Origin: Pseudomonadota bacterium
GTDB taxonomy: Bacteria; Myxococcota_A; Bradymonadia; UBA4248
Length of the DNA stretch: 64,000 nt
NCBI GenBank assembly: GCA_017441205.1
Contig: JAFRYG010000067.1
Coordinates: forward strand, 140 to 64,139
Direction: 5' to 3'
Positions 30,044-38,762 of this stretch are shown piece after piece. Each line of letters opens with the position of its first letter. The first letter of the stretch is position 1. A model generated the notes under the pieces. That model saw nothing but the letters and a program-made list of their open reading frames with translations. It was not told where the DNA came from and did not search any database. The position numbers and the translations under genes were made by a program.

Positions 30044-30613
30044 TTAAACAAATGTTGTCATCATGGGAAGGGCAATCCATTGCAGACCGCGGATTTCGCC
30101 GCTTTCAAAAATGTTCATCCCATCGATACATTTTATTATTCTTTTGTGGGGGGCGGTCCCCCCCGCGCCTATTGCCTGCGGCAATACGTCGCTCCCCCCG
30201 GCGCCTATTGCCTGCGGCAATACGTCGCCTTCAATGACTGTCCCAAGTCCCTGCTGTTCCATCCACTGCGAGAGCCGTTCAAACCAGTCATCGGGCAGAC
30301 GCTTTTGCAGACACGAAATATACAGCGGCCACGGAGATCGCGAAAGACGCTCCGGAAGTTGCAAAAAATGACCGCATTGGGGACAGAATGCATCGATTTC
30401 ACGATCTTTTGGGGTGATTTCGCCACACTTGCAGCGCCACCAGGTCGCATGGGCAACCTGATTCAATGCTGTACAGGCCTCTTCCCAGATTTCAGGGTCT
30501 GTTCCCTCCGGATTCTGCAGCAGTGCATCAATGCATTCCATGACGGATTCTGCACAAAAGGGATGCTGGCTGTCCCGGAACTTTTGCAGGCAATCATGCA
30601 TGGTTCTGTCCAT
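30044..30613 (-). CDS. Zinc-ribbon hypothetical protein whose C-terminal region is encoded across REP-like repeats
   Basis: CKCGEITPKD...CPQCGHF is a CxxC...CxxC zinc ribbon. The probable start is MDRTMHD at 30613. The tandem peptide DVLPQAIGAGG x2 is encoded by the REP-like duplication. Confidence 0.45.
   Translation of the reverse strand: MDRTMHDCLQKFRDSQHPFCAESVMECIDALLQNPEGTDPEIWEEACTALNQVAHATWWRCKCGEITPKDREIDAFCPQCGHFLQLPERLSRSPWPLYISCLQKRLPDDWFERLSQWMEQQGLGTVIEGDVLPQAIGAGGSDVLPQAIGAGGTAPHKRIIKCIDGMNIFESGEIRGLQWIALPMMTTFV
30143..30231. repeat. REP-like tandem element inside the ORF: G6cggtC7, then 2 x (C-run + gcgccTATTGCCtgcGGCAATAcgtcgc)
   Basis: Direct 33-bp duplication. Each copy is a hairpin with stem TATTGCC / GGCAATA. 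Confidence 0.6.
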
Positions 30614-30654
30614 AAAAAAATCCCGCTTTAAGCCCAAAACCTAAAACGGGATTT
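30612..30654 (-). terminator. Putative terminator after the Tudor-like repeat protein gene
   Basis: An aaatcccg / cgggattt stem with a 21-nt loop is followed on the minus strand by T7, immediately after the stop codon at 30659. Confidence 0.4.
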
Positions 30655-30658
30655 CGTA

Positions 30659-31054
30659 TCAGCGGCCAACCAGACGGCTTGCGCGGCTCTGGCGGCACCA
30701 TGAAACTGTCAAATCTGCTTTGTCGCCGTCGTCATAAACAATTCGGACCTTTTCTCCATCGACTTTGACAAATGTTCCGGGGTAATTGATGCCATTTGTC
30801 GGCCAGCGGCATTCGACTTTATCGCCAGCACCCCAGTCCAGTTTGTTGACGCGTTCGGAATCGACGGTTGCTTTGTCACCATCATCAAAATAAATCAGAA
30901 TGACGTTGCCATCCACCGATTGAACTGTGCCGGGATACCAGTATGCATCTTCCCAGAGCGCCAAAACGCGGTCGCCTTTTTCATAAGCGAAAGCGATGCT
31001 CGAAAGCGTCATCAGACATGCTAACATAATGATAAATGATATTGCACGTTTCAT
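30659..31054 (-). CDS. Small secreted protein with two Tudor/SH3-like beta-barrel repeats
   Basis: MKRAISFIIMLACLMTLSSIAFA is a signal peptide. There are two repeats of xVxxxWxxxxxYPGTxxxVDGxxVxIxYDDGDKA. GGAG lies upstream of the ATG. Confidence 0.5.
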   Translation of the reverse strand: MKRAISFIIMLACLMTLSSIAFAYEKGDRVLALWEDAYWYPGTVQSVDGNVILIYFDDGDKATVDSERVNKLDWGAGDKVECRWPTNGINYPGTFVKVDGEKVRIVYDDGDKADLTVSWCRQSRASRLVGR

Positions 31055-31185
31055 AGATATGTCTCCACGGGTTTGGGGGCACAAATGAGTTACCCTTTAA
31101 CTCTATGAGATATTCTTATTTTATGCCAACTAATAATGATAATATTGTTTTTTTTTATCATTCACATGGGGGCTTCCCACGGCTA

Positions 31186-31395
31186 TGGTCTGCGAATGTA
31201 ACGCCCCTTCGTGGCGTTCTGATTTTATTCTTTACAGACGTGTCGCGACACGTCTCTAACATCTATTCACTCCCCCCGGGGTTACGCTTCGCTCACCCCG
31301 GGCTGTGATCTGGCGCCCCTTCGTGGCGTTCTGATTTTCTGTACAGACGTTCCGTGGAACGTCTCTAACTATTCCTCAGACTCACCCCGGGCTCT
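31186..31395. repeat. Two tandem copies of a ~105-bp composite element: hairpin aacgccCCTTCGTggcgtt + ctgatttt + palindrome AGACGTGTCGCGACACGTCT (or AGACGTTCCGTGGAACGTCT) + ctaac + tctattcact + ccccggg
   Basis: Direct comparison of 31186-31290 with 31291-31395. The 3' end of copy 2 overlaps the stop of the 31369-32760 gene. Confidence 0.6.
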
Positions 31396-32760
31396 GGCGC
31401 GCTTGCGCATCTCGCGATCAATGTTTTCATCCAGTTTTTCGTTAACAGCGGCCGCACGCTGGCTAAGCTCTGAACTTGGACGACCGCTCCGGGAACTTGG
31501 GCGAGCTGTCCTTTGGGGACGGCCTCCCGTCTGACGTTCAAGATCGGCTTTGTTCAGCGGCCGTTCGGGTTTCATGACGCTGTCGGGATGGACTCTCGGA
31601 GGACGATTGTCATCGGGGGGGGCAGGCTGTGCGTCATCTTTGGGTTCTTCTTTGGGAGGTTCTTCTTTCGGAGTGTCTTCCTTCGGGGCTTTTTCTGGCT
31701 TTTCTTCTGCCGACGGCGCAGCGGCATCGCCTTCGGGTTTAGGTTCGTCAGAATCTGTCTTTTCCTTCTGTTCCGGATCTGGAACCGGTTCGGGAATCGG
31801 TGTACCGCAATCGGGTTTCAGTTTCTTCGTGGTTCCGTTCAGTCTCAGATGAATGGAACCGTCATCGTGCTTTTCGCAAAGCTGATAGATGACTTTCATG
31901 TTGTTGTTCGTAACCCATTCTTCCGAGGGATGAATATCTGCGACAATATTCAGACGCGGACTGGCGTTCTTATTGGATTTCAGTGTGACATCTCCTGTCA
32001 CGTTCAGTTGAATATCCGGGCCGGTCGATGTGAGTTTCTCGATCGTGATCTTGTCTTTCTGGAGATCAAGTTCAGCATCAATATCGCCAAATACGGTAAA
32101 TGGCAGTTCGATAAAAGGCATGCCGCCCATATCGAGTTTAATGCGTTTGGGGCACAGGGCAGAGGCTGTGATCTTCATCGTCAGATGCATCTCTGCAACG
32201 CTCTTCTTTTCGACAACTGCGCGAAGATTAAAGCCAAGACCGCCAAATATCTGCATTTTGGTGATATTCGACAGAAGCGTAAATTCATTGAGAGAAATAT
32301 TTTCGCCGTCGGCGGTGATTTCCATGGCATTGTCTTGGGATCTGATCTCACCCTCGATAGTGCCTTCCTGAATTGTCAGTTCAAATTTACCTTCCGGTTT
32401 ACCTTTGATGGAAGGAATTATTTTGGGATTGATGAAAGCTTTGTCGATGGTGACGGCTTGTTCTTCCACATAGGGGGCACAGTAATAGCCGTTAAAATCG
32501 CCGCCCGCTGTATGGAGATTTTCGGGGATTTCCTCCGGATTCCTGGGGCGCATCTGGAATCCTTTTACGGTAACATTCAGCAGGGGACTGATCGAAAGAT
32601 CGTCGATCTCGACCGATTGCTCCTGCTTGAGCTGTTTTTCGAGCGTTTTTTCTGCAAAATGTCGAATGGAGTCGGTCGGCAGCATGAAGAATATCGCCGC
32701 AAAAAAGACGATAATAAAGAGAATGCCAATCAACAAACCAATCAGGAGTTTACGTCGCAT
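31369..32760 (-). CDS. N-terminally membrane-anchored periplasmic protein with a Pro/Glu/Lys-rich C-terminal tail; positional candidate for a GspN-like component
   Basis: The single N-terminal transmembrane helix is LLIGLLIGILFIIVFFAAIFFML. It is the last gene of the gspH-M-like operon and its start overlaps the gspM-like stop. No sequence motif confirms the assignment. Confidence 0.35.
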   Translation of the reverse strand: MRRKLLIGLLIGILFIIVFFAAIFFMLPTDSIRHFAEKTLEKQLKQEQSVEIDDLSISPLLNVTVKGFQMRPRNPEEIPENLHTAGGDFNGYYCAPYVEEQAVTIDKAFINPKIIPSIKGKPEGKFELTIQEGTIEGEIRSQDNAMEITADGENISLNEFTLLSNITKMQIFGGLGFNLRAVVEKKSVAEMHLTMKITASALCPKRIKLDMGGMPFIELPFTVFGDIDAELDLQKDKITIEKLTSTGPDIQLNVTGDVTLKSNKNASPRLNIVADIHPSEEWVTNNNMKVIYQLCEKHDDGSIHLRLNGTTKKLKPDCGTPIPEPVPDPEQKEKTDSDEPKPEGDAAAPSAEEKPEKAPKEDTPKEEPPKEEPKDDAQPAPPDDNRPPRVHPDSVMKPERPLNKADLERQTGGRPQRTARPSSRSGRPSSELSQRAAAVNEKLDENIDREMRKRARARGESEE

Positions 32761-33340
32761 TTTGCTCCTTGAGTCGATATGACATAAGAGTGATCGAGAC
32801 GGTCATTTTGGTGTCTGAACCACTGTTGTTGCTTGTGCGGTTCATATTGATATGCCGCATGTAAATGGGCGTATCCAGCTTGTAAATCTGTACGAGATAT
32901 TCAAGAAATTTATTGTAATCGACATTCTTGAGCTGAACCTCAATTTCCTGCTCTTCCGTACCGGAATCGTCCGAGGTCTTTTTGGGATCTTTTGGGGTTA
33001 CGGTAACATCGAATCCCAGCGCGGATGCCATGCTCGTCAGTTTACTGACGACCTTGCTGTCGGCAGAAAGAAGCTTCTGGCGCATCGCCTCTTTTTTGGC
33101 CTTGTTGCGTTGGTACAATGCCTGATTCTCGGCAATGTAGTTCAGCGCTTTTCGGTAGTTCTCGGTTTCGGCAAGCTCTTTGTTGATGTTCACATTCATC
33201 GAATGGAATATCGTAAAAACGATCATAACGACGAGAACAATGGCACTGCCGACCAGAAGAAACTTTTCCCTCGGCTGAAGTGAATTGATCTTCGTTTTGG
33301 CTGTCGATTGAATGTTATCGAGGAATTCCGGTTTATTCAC
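32750..33340 (-). CDS. GspM/PilO-like inner-membrane component
   Basis: 196 aa with a cytoplasmic N-terminus, one transmembrane helix (FLLVGSAIVLVVMIVFTIF), a coiled-coil and a C-terminal alpha/beta region. The position in the operon fits. Confidence 0.5.
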   Translation of the reverse strand: MNKPEFLDNIQSTAKTKINSLQPREKFLLVGSAIVLVVMIVFTIFHSMNVNINKELAETENYRKALNYIAENQALYQRNKAKKEAMRQKLLSADSKVVSKLTSMASALGFDVTVTPKDPKKTSDDSGTEEQEIEVQLKNVDYNKFLEYLVQIYKLDTPIYMRHINMNRTSNNSGSDTKMTVSITLMSYRLKEQNAT

Positions 33341-35012
33341 TGTCGCCTCCCGTCGTGCAATGGTTGGAATCGATGCGCAGTGTAAAGGATGTTCTTTCTT
33401 TTACTTTGGATGTCTTGGGTTCCTGAATCTCGTTCGGAAAACACTCGTATTGCTCGAGTAGCTGCATGAATCTGGGCAATCCGTCGTCCCCGGCAACTTC
33501 CCCGCGAATCGTGACAATCTTGCGCTGATTGTCGATATCCAGGGAGTTCAGGTCCATTTCGACGTCCGCAAGATTGTCGTTGACATTGCTCGAAATCCAG
33601 GAAAAATGCGAAAATGCTGTTCTGACGGGGATAAACTCAAATCCCTCGCTGTCGGCAATTTCTTTTTCGATTTGCTGATAGGTCATCAGCTTTTTGCCAA
33701 AAACTTCCATGCTCGTCTCTTCGAGAGCAGCTTTGAGCTTGTCGTGTTCCTGATGAATGGCATTGGCCTTCGTAACGGTCATGAAGATCAATACGATAAT
33801 GACGCCCACAAAGCACGAAGCAAGGATCCATTTATTGTCGAGAATGTAGCTCAGACTGCCTTTGTGACTGAGATCGCCGCGCCGGAGATTCAGAGGGCAT
33901 TTGTTGTCGAGTGCTGCAGCCGCTGCAACTGCAATCGACGCTGCATCAATGTCCATGGCGAGTCTTTCCTGGTTATCACGCGACATGGGCGTTTTGGTGG
34001 GAAGACCTATTTCGCAGTCGACATCCAGTACTTCAGAGAGCCAGTCTGCAAGTCCGCAGAGTCTGGCTCCGCCGCCTACAATATATATGCACTCGGGGTC
34101 TATCCGGTTTTGGAGTGCAAAATTGCCTATCGTCTGTTGTATGGCAGTAATAAAAACAGAAAGCGCATTGCGGCAGGTTGTGGTCAGAACCATCGGATCC
34201 CGCTGGCTCGGAACGATCCTTTGGCTCGAAACGTAACGGTTGTATTGTTCTGCCTCTTTTCCAGGCATGCACACAAAACCGGATTTTTCCTTGAGTTCCC
34301 TGGCTTCCTCCGCAGAAATCGAGAAGGCTTCCATTAGGGCTTCGTCGATCAGGTGGCTGCCGATTTTCATGGCACGTGAAAGCTTGATTTCATTGTCTAC
34401 ATATACGGTAAACACCGATGTCTTATCGCCGAAATCAATGATTGCCCATGCACCAGTCTGCGGCGCAATTATCGTCTGGATGGCATACGATAGTGCATTC
34501 GTCGACGGAAGGGCAACATTGGGCTCGATCCTCACGCGTTTAAGACGTTCCAGAAGGGTTTTCAACCTTTGGTGCGGATAATTGATGATATGAATTTTGT
34601 ATCCGCCGCCGCTGCTTTCTTCGCCATCTGCACCTTTCTTGTCTTCCACGTACTCACCGATTTCAAAGGCAAGCTGGGCCTCTTCATCGATCTTCCAGGA
34701 ATCCATCATGGTTTGGTTCAATACCTGTTCTACCATGTGAGGATCGTTGAAGGGAAGAATTCGGGTCGCCGACAGGGCATACGTCGGATCCAGTGAAAGA
34801 CCAATTGCATCAATACTGACGTTTTTTATTTGTGATAAACGTTGTGACAGCTCTTCAAATGCTGCATCCAGGCCGTCATCGTCTTCTGTCGCCTGAATCG
34901 GAATCGATTCCAGCTGTGTCACCTCAATGGGCTGATTCAGACCATATACCTGACACTGGGCATATCGAATGCAATTATGGTTAATATCTATGCCGATAGT
35001 TGTATGTGACAT
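33333..35012 (-). CDS. GspL-like protein: cytoplasmic actin-like (PilM-type) domain, transmembrane helix, periplasmic domain
   Basis: The N-terminus has TIGIDINHNCIRYAQ and IYIVGGGARLCGLADWL (actin-like ATPase fold). A transmembrane helix ILASCFVGVIIVLIFMTV lies at about aa 400. Confidence 0.55.
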   Translation of the reverse strand: MSHTTIGIDINHNCIRYAQCQVYGLNQPIEVTQLESIPIQATEDDDGLDAAFEELSQRLSQIKNVSIDAIGLSLDPTYALSATRILPFNDPHMVEQVLNQTMMDSWKIDEEAQLAFEIGEYVEDKKGADGEESSGGGYKIHIINYPHQRLKTLLERLKRVRIEPNVALPSTNALSYAIQTIIAPQTGAWAIIDFGDKTSVFTVYVDNEIKLSRAMKIGSHLIDEALMEAFSISAEEARELKEKSGFVCMPGKEAEQYNRYVSSQRIVPSQRDPMVLTTTCRNALSVFITAIQQTIGNFALQNRIDPECIYIVGGGARLCGLADWLSEVLDVDCEIGLPTKTPMSRDNQERLAMDIDAASIAVAAAAALDNKCPLNLRRGDLSHKGSLSYILDNKWILASCFVGVIIVLIFMTVTKANAIHQEHDKLKAALEETSMEVFGKKLMTYQQIEKEIADSEGFEFIPVRTAFSHFSWISSNVNDNLADVEMDLNSLDIDNQRKIVTIRGEVAGDDGLPRFMQLLEQYECFPNEIQEPKTSKVKERTSFTLRIDSNHCTTGGDSE

Positions 35013-35042
35013 GGAGGATGCCGCCCGGGTTGATCGTTATGG

Positions 35043-36500
35043 TTAATATTCGCGCCAGTATAAATACTGGCCGCCTGTCGTGTTAAAATCGATGACGGTC
35101 GTCAGCGTTCGCTTCGTTCCGCCATACTCCCCAACGGCAACAACCCGAAATACTCTCGGACTCGCCGTCGTAATATTTGCGTATAATTCCTTTGTGCTAA
35201 AGGTCAAGTTTGAAAGCCCAAGACCGGCTGTCGAAAGCGTCTGAATCTTGTCGCCAAACATCAGGTAAGCCGTCGGTGAATAAAGCAGAAACTTCGGCAG
35301 TTGCTCCGAATCATCGATCATTGCCTTCAAAACTTTGTTGAACTCCGAAACATTTCTGAACGGTACGACCGTTCCATTGGGAACGACTCCCGGAATGACG
35401 GAAGTCTGATTCTCAACGGTATAAAGATACAGTAAATTCATCGGATTGGACACAAACTGCTGGTAGCCTTCGATCGCCATCGCAAGGGCAAATATCTGGG
35501 ATCCAACGGTGGGATCCGCACAGGCCCAGATCCGGTTGTCCTTTCTTTCGTCTGCTTCCACGGAATTGCACAGCGCAGAATAAAGCACTTTCGCAGAGGC
35601 AAGGTTCACGTTGACTTTTTCGACCGGATAAACCGTGAGGGTTTCGCGGAATACTTCCATCAAATCATCGCCAAATCCAGCGACTTCATAGAGTTCGTCC
35701 AGTGTCGTCAGCTTGGCATTCTTGACTTTGTATTTCTTGCGCTGATCGACGTAGAGACTCGTTTCGTCACCGCTCGATTCCTCCAGCACACATTCGTTCG
35801 TTATGAATGTTTTTTCGCTGTCCCTGTCGACCCAGTCGATGATAGCGGCAATCAGTTCCATGCGCGAAAGTTTGTTTCCCTTCGCCGAACGCGTGTTGAA
35901 AAGCTCATCGTATTCGGGACTCGCCATCAGCATGCAAAGTTCGTAAAGACTCGTTTGATCCGTCGACTTTCCACTGAATTTGTTCAGATTGATCCGGCCT
36001 TCTTCGGGAGAAACCTTGACCGTGTAATCCCCGGAATCATCTCCCATTGCATCTACGCCGGCTTCGTGAAGGTTAAAGCTTGCGATCGTCTTGTCGGCAT
36101 TCGGTACGTCGACGCTGACTATCCCCGTCTTGAACGGTGCCATCAGAAGATCCATGATCTGATAGAGCTGGAAGTTCGACTTTTTCAATCGCTGGCCAAA
36201 AAACTCATCCTGTTCGAGTTCGTACTGATAGGTCAGCATCAGACGGCCAAGATTGAGAGCACTCTTGGCCTTGTAGTACGCTTTCAGATCATCGCGAACA
36301 TTGGCCGAAATCGAAAAACTGACCTGGCTGTTCATAAACCCCGACAGAACCGTCGAACTCATAACTGCGATGTAAGTCAGTACGAGCAAGAGCGCGACGC
36401 CCTTCTGGCGTTTCGGTGCTCCCGGCACAATCCTGAAATTCAGCATTTGCCAGAAAGCCGCACATCCGCGTGCTATTTTAGTGAGCTTTTCCTGTTTCAT
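35043..36500 (-). CDS. GspK-like minor pseudopilin
   Basis: The N-terminus RQKGVALLLVLTYIAVMSSTVLSGF matches the GspK signature (QRGVALLxVLxxxA). The length is 485 aa. Confidence 0.55.
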   Translation of the reverse strand: MKQEKLTKIARGCAAFWQMLNFRIVPGAPKRQKGVALLLVLTYIAVMSSTVLSGFMNSQVSFSISANVRDDLKAYYKAKSALNLGRLMLTYQYELEQDEFFGQRLKKSNFQLYQIMDLLMAPFKTGIVSVDVPNADKTIASFNLHEAGVDAMGDDSGDYTVKVSPEEGRINLNKFSGKSTDQTSLYELCMLMASPEYDELFNTRSAKGNKLSRMELIAAIIDWVDRDSEKTFITNECVLEESSGDETSLYVDQRKKYKVKNAKLTTLDELYEVAGFGDDLMEVFRETLTVYPVEKVNVNLASAKVLYSALCNSVEADERKDNRIWACADPTVGSQIFALAMAIEGYQQFVSNPMNLLYLYTVENQTSVIPGVVPNGTVVPFRNVSEFNKVLKAMIDDSEQLPKFLLYSPTAYLMFGDKIQTLSTAGLGLSNLTFSTKELYANITTASPRVFRVVAVGEYGGTKRTLTTVIDFNTTGGQYLYWREY

Positions 36501-36501
36501 G

Positions 36502-37332
36502 CTAAAAATCCAGTGCCTTCGTCAAATGGATCTGTGCCTGCGTCGAAATCAGCATCGGTGTGTCGCTGCCCAGAGGATCCTCAATCTCTATCTCAATCTT
36601 GACACGGCTCGGAAGGCGCCCCTCGTATTCAGAATTCTCTGTGTCCCAGGAATCCACCCAGCCGTCGCTGCCTACCGCAATATCTGCTTTTTCGTCATCC
36701 CAGTATTCGAGCCGGAAACTCAGAACATGGTCGAGCAGCGGCAGAATAGTGCCGCCCTTCTGATAATCATCGTTGATCGGTGCCTGCTCGCGGCGGACGA
36801 GATAGGTACTCAGATTCCCGTCATCATCCCGCATATCCTTGATAAAATAGGATATTTCACTCTGATCGCCGACTTTTTCGTCGCGGAACATCCGGACGTA
36901 TCCCATGCTCGTAAAATCGACGCGCTCCGACTCGCCCAGAAATCCCGTCTGATAACGAATTTCTGTCTGCGATTCATCATCCCCGTGCTTCGTGATGAAT
37001 GCCGTCGACATGTCGCGCACGATGCGGTTGACCGCCTGTTCCACGGCATGAAGACGCTCATTGATGTCCTGCATCCGCTGCTGATGGCTCGTCGCAACGG
37101 AATAGGAACCCCACCCGATGGCCATGACGCCCGAAAGCAATGCGACTGATATCATGACTTCGATCATTGTCATGCCCAGTCTGTGCCATTTTGAGGGGGG
37201 GATCGCGTCAGGCTTGCGCCTTACCGCTTCGTCCCCCCCCGCTGCTATGGCCTTGCGGCCATACGCCGCTCCCCCCTGGGCTGCCGAACCAAAAGGCAGA
37301 TATTTATGGGATTTTGTCAGAAAAATTGCCAT
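36502..37332 (-). CDS. GspJ-like pseudopilin; the true start is probably well downstream of 37332
   Basis: A prepilin-type segment ...WHRLG|MTMIEVMISVALLSGVMAIGW is present. The first 53 codons of the ORF run through G8/C8 tracts and a REP-like palindrome, so the annotated N-terminus is doubtful. Confidence 0.5.
   Translation of the reverse strand: MAIFLTKSHKYLPFGSAAQGGAAYGRKAIAAGGDEAVRRKPDAIPPSKWHRLGMTMIEVMISVALLSGVMAIGWGSYSVATSHQQRMQDINERLHAVEQAVNRIVRDMSTAFITKHGDDESQTEIRYQTGFLGESERVDFTSMGYVRMFRDEKVGDQSEISYFIKDMRDDDGNLSTYLVRREQAPINDDYQKGGTILPLLDHVLSFRLEYWDDEKADIAVGSDGWVDSWDTENSEYEGRLPSRVKIEIEIEDPLGSDTPMLISTQAQIHLTKALDF
37190..37290. repeat. REP-like element: G8-N31-C8 followed by gcTATGGCCttgcGGCCATAcgccgct and C6
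   Basis: Same family as 30143-30231 (C-run plus TATKGSC...GSCMATA). Confidence 0.55.
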
Positions 37333-37344
37333 GATCTGCCCCTG

Positions 37345-38058
37345 CTACTTCTTCTTGTCAGACTGTTTCGAACGATCTGAGGATTTCGTGTTTTTGGGCG
37401 CATTTTTGCCAGATATCGTATCGGATTCCGTCGGCGCCGGCTCTTCGGTTTCGGTTTTTGACGATTTTGAACCCGTTACGGACGAACCATTCACCCCCGA
37501 AGATGCATCCACCTGAAGAATAACGACAAACTGCGATACGGTTAACGTCTGTTCCACACCGAGATAATCCCAGGTCGTCGTCAATGTGATTTTTCGGATT
37601 CTCTGGCCAAGCTGATTGATGATCGTCGGCAAAAAACTGACCATCATCGGAAGAAACTGCGTAATTGTCGTATTGCCGCTCAGCGTACCGCCTTCGTCGC
37701 CGGTACCGTAAATCTGATTCGTAACGCTTTCGACAAACTGGTTGGATGCATCATCCGAAAGCTCAATTGACTGGATCTTGGCCGACCAGTAAATGTCGTC
37801 GTAACCTTCTTCCCCGAAATCTCCATGTATTTCTTCAGTGTAATCTTCCTTTACGCCTTCTTCGGCTATCGTCCGCTGAACTTCATACTCAATATCCTGC
37901 ATCTTGGCTCGCGTGAGCATCGTGACGACAGAGGTATTGTTCGCATACCCCATCAGACGCATCGAAGTGGACTGCGTCCCCAGGAGAATACTAATCGCCA
38001 TCGCCAGAATAAAGACGGCGATCATCAGTTCTAGGAGGGTAAATCCATGTTTTTTCAA
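37345..38058 (-). CDS. Type IV / T2SS pseudopilin (GspI/GspG-like N-terminus) with a Ser/Thr/Lys-rich C-terminal tail
   Basis: MKKHG|FTLLELMIAVFILAMAI is a class III signal with the conserved Glu at +5. Confidence 0.7.
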   Translation of the reverse strand: MKKHGFTLLELMIAVFILAMAISILLGTQSTSMRLMGYANNTSVVTMLTRAKMQDIEYEVQRTIAEEGVKEDYTEEIHGDFGEEGYDDIYWSAKIQSIELSDDASNQFVESVTNQIYGTGDEGGTLSGNTTITQFLPMMVSFLPTIINQLGQRIRKITLTTTWDYLGVEQTLTVSQFVVILQVDASSGVNGSSVTGSKSSKTETEEPAPTESDTISGKNAPKNTKSSDRSKQSDKKK

Positions 38059-38762
38059 TCGTCTTCCTCCTCTTCGAAGAAAGATGATGAGATCTCCATT
38101 CGGCCGGGTACGACAGATGACTGACCCGTCAGCGGGTTGACCAGTATCGTATAGACGACGCCTTCATCAAGACCAAGAGAGGCATTTTCATCACCAAGAA
38201 AAATAACGCTTCTTTCGACGAATCCATTCGAAAAAAAGTTAATCGTTCCAATGCCTTCTGTCTGTATTTCATCGTGATGTGACGTCATCAGGCCAATGAA
38301 GTAAACACCCTCCGAAAGCTGGGCATCTTCTCCCGATATGAACATGCCGTCCACGGGGGTGCGCGTGACTTCGCCGAATTTGCTGTCTTCTTCATCCATG
38401 CGGGCTGCGCGGCTCGAAGATACTCTGCCTTCGTCGAACTCCGCCGATTTCATCGTCGTTCCCTTGAGCTCATCCTCGCTCAGGCCGCCGGCAACGTCGA
38501 GCTTTTCGACCTCAAAGGTATGATTGTCAAAATCCAGCTTCATCTGAAGAGTCATGTTGGAGGTCGCCGACATGTTGAACGTATAGCGTATGGCTGAACT
38601 TAGTCTCAGCGCATCGCCGTTGACGTCGGCCTGGCCAAGCACACCAAGACCTACGGCTGCTATCGTCATGATGGAGGCCATCAGGGCAACGACGATCATG
38701 ATTTCGATGAGCGTCATGCCTTTGTGCAGTGTATGATGTCGTTTAAAATGTGTAACCAACAT
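38055..38762 (-). CDS. Pseudopilin (GspH-like), first pseudopilin gene of the module
   Basis: The leader ...HTLHKG|MTLIEIMIVVALMASIMTIAAVG is prepilin-type. The gene overlaps the 3' end of the Omp85 gene by 20 bp. Confidence 0.65.
   Translation of the reverse strand: MLVTHFKRHHTLHKGMTLIEIMIVVALMASIMTIAAVGLGVLGQADVNGDALRLSSAIRYTFNMSATSNMTLQMKLDFDNHTFEVEKLDVAGGLSEDELKGTTMKSAEFDEGRVSSSRAARMDEEDSKFGEVTRTPVDGMFISGEDAQLSEGVYFIGLMTSHHDEIQTEGIGTINFFSNGFVERSVIFLGDENASLGLDEGVVYTILVNPLTGQSSVVPGRMEISSSFFEEEEDD

Noticed and set aside
33606-34337. ORF 33606-34337(+) antisense to the GspL-like gene
   Set aside because: The minus-strand frame has the actin-like ATPase motifs and operon context. The plus-strand ORF has neither.
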